64,000 nucleotides of DNA, taken from positions 2,528,001-2,592,000 of the forward strand of contig CAXXVL010000002.1 of the NCBI GenBank assembly GCA_963667845.2. The letters are read 5' to 3'. Of the stretch, positions 58,964 to 64,000 are shown one piece after another (within the stretch, counting starts at the first letter, position 1; each line of letters starts with the position of its first letter). The notes under the pieces were generated by a model. It was not told where the DNA came from. It saw only the letters and a list, made by a program, of their open reading frames with translations, and did no database searches. Position numbers and translations under genes: made by a program. The DNA comes from Smithellaceae bacterium. GTDB taxonomy: Bacteria > Desulfobacterota > Syntrophia > Syntrophales > Smithellaceae.

Positions 58964-59917
58964 CTACAGCAAGCATGCGCTGGCAGTTTCATCATAATGG
59001 CATATGGCTATGCCCGTGTATTTCGCCTTACTTTTTGATGGCAATGGCAAATCTCTTAAATTGGAGTAAATAACTTCACGTCCAATGAATGAATTGCCTC
59101 CCATAGGGTGTGCTGCATATGTATTATCAATCATTCGTGCAGATAAATCATAAACGTCATAAATATTTTTTATCATTGCAGCATTGTCATAAGATATAAG
59201 CCACGGTTTCTTTAATTTCACTAAATAATTGCGAAGTCTTATATGATCTTGATCATCAAATGCAAATCTGTATAATCGTTGAGCCTTATGGTAAAAAGGT
59301 GGGTCAAGATAGAAAAAAACGTTTTGTTTCTTTTTCCAATCTTCACATACTTTTTGCCATGGGCGGTGCGTAACTGCTTTTATTCGATTCGAGAGCAATG
59401 ATAAATCTAAAATTCTTGACGCTAGTTTATCACGATTAAAGCGACACCCCAATGTCCATCTATCTTGAGCCCTTCCACCAATCGGTCCCGCACTCGGATG
59501 TAAAATGCCTGAAAATGAAGTCCTGTTTAGGTACAGGCACTTTAAAGCTGCTTCTCTTGTGTTTTTAGGATGCAGATTTTTTTGATATTGCCAAAATTTT
59601 AAATTTAACGGCACATTGAATACGGCATCAGCCAGCCACATTGCATGCTCTTTTGAAAACACGCATTTCCATAAAGCTGCCACAATAGGATCAATGTCAT
59701 TGAGGACAATTGCTTCCACAATGTTTGCTTCAAGCAAAGCAATTGACACAGAAGATCCACCGCAGAAAGGTTCGATAAATAATCTAGAATTCAAATTATT
59801 CATTTCAATAGTTTGGCCTAAAAATCTAGCCAATCGTGCCTTGCTACCTGGGTAACGGAGCAAGCTGCGTGTTGCGGATTGAATATTTTTATATTTCATT
59901 AGATTATCATTGTACAT
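58964..59917 (-). CDS. DNA adenine methyltransferase (Dam/D12 class)
   Basis: LRYPGSK, EPFCGG, LNDID, YLNRTSFSG, YLDPPFY, WLISYD. Confidence 0.9.
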   Translation of the reverse strand: MYNDNLMKYKNIQSATRSLLRYPGSKARLARFLGQTIEMNNLNSRLFIEPFCGGSSVSIALLEANIVEAIVLNDIDPIVAALWKCVFSKEHAMWLADAVFNVPLNLKFWQYQKNLHPKNTREAALKCLYLNRTSFSGILHPSAGPIGGRAQDRWTLGCRFNRDKLASRILDLSLLSNRIKAVTHRPWQKVCEDWKKKQNVFFYLDPPFYHKAQRLYRFAFDDQDHIRLRNYLVKLKKPWLISYDNAAMIKNIYDVYDLSARMIDNTYAAHPMGGNSFIGREVIYSNLRDLPLPSKSKAKYTGIAICHYDETASACLL

Positions 59918-60140
59918 GTCTATTTTAAGTTAGGCACAACATCCTATTCCCTCAATTTGTAATATTTATTTGTCAGATAATATGCGGAAATATTTCTTTC
60001 AAAGCAAGAAATAAATCGAGAAATAAATCGCGGTTAGATATTCTCTCTTAACTGTGGATGGTGACGGTTGGTACTACGGTGGCTACTGCGGGACACCCCT
60101 AAAATTCTGATTCCTGAGAAGTAAGCCCCCTTTTTCGAAG

Positions 60141-60436
60141 TCATAAAAACGACCATGCGCATGAAAAATGATTTTCGAGCACAGACGCTTGAGCATTGCT
60201 TAAAAGAGTCTCCAACGCGTATATAAACCACTGAACAACGCTTTTGAAAAAGGCAAAATGGGCATTGGTCCATCTTTTGATATTACAGGCAATAAGCTTA
60301 CAGGACACAGCAAGGAGGACTTTAACCACCCCGCGGACGCGGAGCCTCCCGATTCCATAAGATCGCTTCAACTCAGAATTGGTGGCCTCGATTCCCGAAC
60401 GGATTTTTATAACGTTCCTTCCACTGTGGTGTTTGA
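60141..60436 (-). pseudogene. C-terminal remnant of a DDE transposase (IS4/IS5/IS1182-like)
   Basis: QTPQWKERYK/(extra A)IRSGIEATNSELKRSYGIGRLRVRG..V..K.IACNIKR. Confidence 0.72.
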
Positions 60437-60439
60437 GTG

Positions 60440-60787
60440 CAATACGGTACACGCTAGAGCATTTAAGTATCTCAAACACTCCGCAGTTGCACCGGGGTGT
60501 GACTTCGCGAATCATGGCCGAGACGTTGTGGCGCTTGGCGCGGCGAAGCGTCAGACAGCCGAACTGTTTGAGCCCGAAGGGCGAGTTTTCGGCTGTAGCG
60601 CAGCAAGCTGTATTCCATTCCAGATCAGGATGATGCCGCGGCGGCAAGGAGGAGGCACCGGAGGCGTATTGGCAATACGCTGAGGAAGCCGACAGACGCA
60701 GACAACAAAGGCAGCGCTTGATATGGGATGGAATTAGCGCCACGGTCGAGGACATTGAGTCAAGGCGCACCCTGGTGTAACTGCCAC
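60440..60787 (-). repeat. Repeat family B, right arm (inverted), interrupted by a small MITE
   Basis: 60440-60590 is the reverse complement of the 150-bp unit; 60735-60787 matches 54255-54330. Confidence 0.9.
60612..60734. mobile_element. ~125-bp MITE nested in the right arm
   Basis: Absent from left arm; ends ATTCCATTCCAGATCAGG / CTTGATATGGGATGGAAT (15/18 complementary); inner hairpin GCGTATTG-g-CAATACGC. Confidence 0.72.
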
Positions 60788-60852
60788 CTTGGTGCTCTCT
60801 ATGATTGCAGCCGCTCGAAAGCCTGAGGCTCGAAAGTAGAGGCAAGTCGTTT

Positions 60853-62778
60853 TCATAATATTCTTCCGATTGCCGCGCCTTCCCAAATGGCGTCCAGCGC
60901 TTTTCCGGATTCCCTGGCATCGCCGATCACGTGGCAGCGGCGTCCTGCCTCTTTCAATGCCTGTTCAACGGAATGATCCGGCTTCACACCGACTGCGACG
61001 ACCACGGAATCGATACCGCCAATTTCTTGCGACTCGCCATTGACATCGACGATGACACTGCCATTTTTGATCTCGATGCATTTGGTATTCACCAGGACGG
61101 GAATATGATGATCTTTCAGAAACCGGAGGGCCTGCGGTTTGCGGGTCAGTCCCAATCCGTTGGCAACTTTTTTAAGTAATTCGATAACGACGACTTTTTT
61201 CCCCTGCATGCTGAGATATTCGACGGTTTCCATACCGACGAGCCCTCCGCCCAGCACTGCCACGGAATCACCGGTCGATGCCCGGCCCTCCAGAACATCC
61301 TGGGCATAAACGACATGGGGCTTCTCAATTCCAGGGATATCCGGGCGAACAGGATCAGAGCCGGTCGCCACAATGATTTCATCCGGATTCAACTTAGCCA
61401 AAATTTCTTTTGTAAATGCCGTGTTCAATCTAATTTCGACGCCCTGGCGTTTGGCTATCCGCCCCATCTGCAAGGCGGCCTCGGCCATTGCTTTTTTCAT
61501 GGGCGCCGCTCCCGCGAGGAAGAACTGACCTCCCAGGCGAGAGGCTTTCTCGATGAGAACCACCCGGTGTCCTCTTTTTTGCAGCGTCGTCGCCGCTTCC
61601 AGACCGCCCGGTCCGCCTCCCACCACCAGGATTATTTTCTTTTGTTCGGCCGACTTCAATTCGCACGCTTTCTCCTGCCCCGTAGCCGGGTTTCTAAGAC
61701 AGCGGATGGGAAGGCCCTGCATAAAGAGGCGGTCCACACATCCCTGGTTGCATCCAATGCACTTCAGGATCGAATCGAAATCCCCGGCCTGAGCCTTTTT
61801 GCAGAATTCGGGATCGGCGAGATGTCCTCTGCCAACGGCAACAAAATCGGCCTTGCCCTCTCCAAGGATTCGGTCGGCGACAACCGGATCGTTAATGCGA
61901 ATGGCGGCGATGACGGGGATAGACGCCACCGATTTTACGGCTGCGACGTTTTCCAGATAAGGAACCTCCGGCATATCCAGGGGAGGGATGATCCAGGGGA
62001 GGGATCCATAGACGCCGGCAGAAACATGAACGGCATCAACGCCTGCGTCTTCAATCAGCTTAACAATTCTTTTGGCGTCCTCGGCGGTCAGCCCGTTTTC
62101 AACGTATTCATCGGCGCTGAGTCTGTACAAGACAGGGAAGTCCCGCCCGACTTTTCCACGAATGTTTCTGATGATTTCCAGGGCGAAGCGAGCCCGTTTT
62201 TCAAGCGGGCCGCCATATTCATCCTGTCGATGATTGGAATAGGCGCTCATGAACTGGTCAATCAGGTATCCATGGGCGCCATGGATTTCGACGGCGTCGA
62301 AACCGGCCTTTTTCGCCCGCACGGCCGCGTCGCCAAAAGCGTCGATGAGTTCGCCGATTTGAGCGGTGCTGAGTTCAACGGGCACTTCCCTGCAAACAGG
62401 ACAGGGAAGGGGGGACGGGGCGACAATCGGCAAACCCGTATCGCGGCTGTTAATCTGGCGTCCCGCGTGCCACAATTGAATGCAGGCCTTTCCGCCTGCG
62501 GTTTTGATCGTCGAGGCCAGGGATTTTAATCCGGGTAGAAACGAATCATCGCAGATACCAATGTTTCGCGGTCCCAGCGTTGACCGATGAACGGCGGAAA
62601 CTTCCACGATATTCATCGCGCATCCGCCTTTTGCCCTGGCTTCGTGATAGGCAATGAGTGCCTCGGAGACAAATCCGCCCTCGTCGGCCAGCAGGGTTCC
62701 CATAGGCGGCATGATCACCCTGTTTTTTAAAGTCAGAGAACCGATTTTTGCTTCCTTAAATAGATGATTAAGCGACAT
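60853..62778 (-). CDS. NADH:flavin oxidoreductase (OYE + 4Fe-4S + FAD; BaiCD/BaiH-like architecture)
   Basis: QLWHAGRQ, EIHGAHGYLI.QF, CIGCNQGC, GGGPGG, GGGLVG. Confidence 0.9.
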   Translation of the reverse strand: MSLNHLFKEAKIGSLTLKNRVIMPPMGTLLADEGGFVSEALIAYHEARAKGGCAMNIVEVSAVHRSTLGPRNIGICDDSFLPGLKSLASTIKTAGGKACIQLWHAGRQINSRDTGLPIVAPSPLPCPVCREVPVELSTAQIGELIDAFGDAAVRAKKAGFDAVEIHGAHGYLIDQFMSAYSNHRQDEYGGPLEKRARFALEIIRNIRGKVGRDFPVLYRLSADEYVENGLTAEDAKRIVKLIEDAGVDAVHVSAGVYGSLPWIIPPLDMPEVPYLENVAAVKSVASIPVIAAIRINDPVVADRILGEGKADFVAVGRGHLADPEFCKKAQAGDFDSILKCIGCNQGCVDRLFMQGLPIRCLRNPATGQEKACELKSAEQKKIILVVGGGPGGLEAATTLQKRGHRVVLIEKASRLGGQFFLAGAAPMKKAMAEAALQMGRIAKRQGVEIRLNTAFTKEILAKLNPDEIIVATGSDPVRPDIPGIEKPHVVYAQDVLEGRASTGDSVAVLGGGLVGMETVEYLSMQGKKVVVIELLKKVANGLGLTRKPQALRFLKDHHIPVLVNTKCIEIKNGSVIVDVNGESQEIGGIDSVVVAVGVKPDHSVEQALKEAGRRCHVIGDARESGKALDAIWEGAAIGRIL

Positions 62779-62830
62779 ACTAACACTCCCGGATGATGAT
62801 CTTAAAAAAAATAATTGACAAATTTCTGAT

Positions 62831-63805
62831 CTATTTCGCGCTTTCGTTTTTCAGGAATTCCAGGATCAACTGATTGACTTCCTCGGGCCGCTCCTGGTTG
62901 ATCCAATGGCCCACACCGGGCAGGATAACCTTCTTCTTCAGGTTCGGAATAACCTTCTCCTGGGTATCAACGGCTTTTTTATACATCCTGATGACCGGGT
63001 CCGCATCCCCTGCTACGAACAGCGTCGGCTGAAGAATTCTGGCGCCGTCCAGAAACGGGGTTTCCCGCCAGTTGAAATCGATGTTGCGGTACCAGTTGAG
63101 CCCGCCTCTGAAACCGGACCTGGCGAACTCCTGACCAAAATAATCAATGTCGGACTGGGTCAGCCATTCAGGAATCCGGTCCGGATAGGCGAAATTCTGC
63201 AAAAGGGTTTCGCCTTTTTTATAGACATAATTCCAGCGCTTCTCCGGCGGCGGAGAGCCGGAATTGGAATAGAGCATCGCCCCCATCGACCGTCGCGCAT
63301 CCGTTTCCAGATCGGCCTCGGCTTTACCGGGTTCCTGGAAATAGACCTGATAAAAGATATCTTCTCCATACATTTTCTTCATGATTTGAATGGGAGGTGT
63401 GGTCCCCCGCACACGCATCAGATATGGAACGCTCAACAAGACAACCGCTTTGAAGAGATCGGGCCGAAGGACGGCACAATACTGGGTGACGACGGATCCC
63501 CAGTCGTGACCGATGATGAACGCCCGGGGCTCGCCCAATGCATTGACCAGGCCGATAATATCTCCGGTGAGCTGAAAAATGTTATAATCGCTGATCGCTT
63601 TCGGGCGATCCGTCTGGCCGTAACCCCGCTGGTCCGGGGCAACGGCGTGAAAACCAGCTTCAGCCAGAGCCGTGAACTGGTGACGCCACGTGTACCACAA
63701 CTCCGGAAATCCGTGCAACATCAGGACCAGCGGGCCTTCTCCCGCTTCGGCGATATGCATCCGGATTCCGTTTGTTTCTATTGTTCGATGTTTAATCTCG
63801 ACCAT
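62831..63805 (-). CDS. Epoxide-hydrolase-like alpha/beta hydrolase
   Basis: HGFPELWYTWRHQ, PDQRGYG, GHDWGS, LNWYRN, GHWINQERP. Confidence 0.9.
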   Translation of the reverse strand: MVEIKHRTIETNGIRMHIAEAGEGPLVLMLHGFPELWYTWRHQFTALAEAGFHAVAPDQRGYGQTDRPKAISDYNIFQLTGDIIGLVNALGEPRAFIIGHDWGSVVTQYCAVLRPDLFKAVVLLSVPYLMRVRGTTPPIQIMKKMYGEDIFYQVYFQEPGKAEADLETDARRSMGAMLYSNSGSPPPEKRWNYVYKKGETLLQNFAYPDRIPEWLTQSDIDYFGQEFARSGFRGGLNWYRNIDFNWRETPFLDGARILQPTLFVAGDADPVIRMYKKAVDTQEKVIPNLKKKVILPGVGHWINQERPEEVNQLILEFLKNESAK

Positions 63806-63861
63806 TTAATGCCTCCTTGGGGATGTCATGTTAATTGTGGATGGAATAGAAATTCCATCTC

Positions 63862-64000
63862 TCATCTGTGAACCATGCAGCAGAGTTTCAACACTTCGCT
63901 GATTTTGTCCGGAGTAACGTCCCGCTTTTCACCGAAGCGAACCATGCCATATTCTTTCAACTGTTCCGGAAGGACGGGCAGGCAGTCGTCCTTGATGCAG
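63862..64000 (-). CDS. C-terminal end of a probable iron-containing alcohol dehydrogenase (YqhD-like), cut by window edge
   Basis: CIKDDCLPVLPEQLKEYGMVRFGEKRDVTPDKISEVLK resembles the YqhD tail L.EHGMT.LGE..DIT. Confidence 0.5.
   Translation of the reverse strand, partial: CIKDDCLPVLPEQLKEYGMVRFGEKRDVTPDKISEVLKLCCMVHR

Noticed and set aside
60141..60920. 259-aa ORF as a real gene
   Set aside because: It is a chimera of the MITE, the repeat arm and a transposase tail.
1..64000. tRNA or rRNA genes
   Set aside because: No cloverleaf/T-loop or rRNA signature was noticed by eye; tRNAscan-SE and Infernal would be needed to confirm.

Overview
GC-rich chromosomal window from an anaerobic bacterium. 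The gene content (many acyl-CoA ligases, TRAP/ABC solute-binding proteins, sigma54 activators, flavin reductases) suggests a Syntrophales-like deltaproteobacterium; this is inference. Most of the window is fatty/organic-acid uptake and activation plus redox genes. Three sigma54 activators each face a divergent -24/-12 promoter. Mobile DNA includes a complete IS481-type element with a 6-bp target duplication, a Y1/RAYT transposase with flanking inverted repeats, a six-copy ~100-bp palindromic repeat family, and several short gene scars. The most unusual feature is an AT-rich island at ~54.7-60.0 kb, bracketed by long inverted MITE-like repeats. It carries four co-oriented genes: an orphan Dam-class methylase, a HIT-like hydrolase, a 4-TM membrane protein, and a large fusion of PEP-synthase-like ATP-grasp/phospho-His modules with a MazG-like NTP pyrophosphatase. 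I do not recognise this as a named system; it is a candidate nucleotide-centred defence/conflict system. No rRNA, tRNA or CRISPR array was seen. All assignments are by eye from motifs, without database searches.
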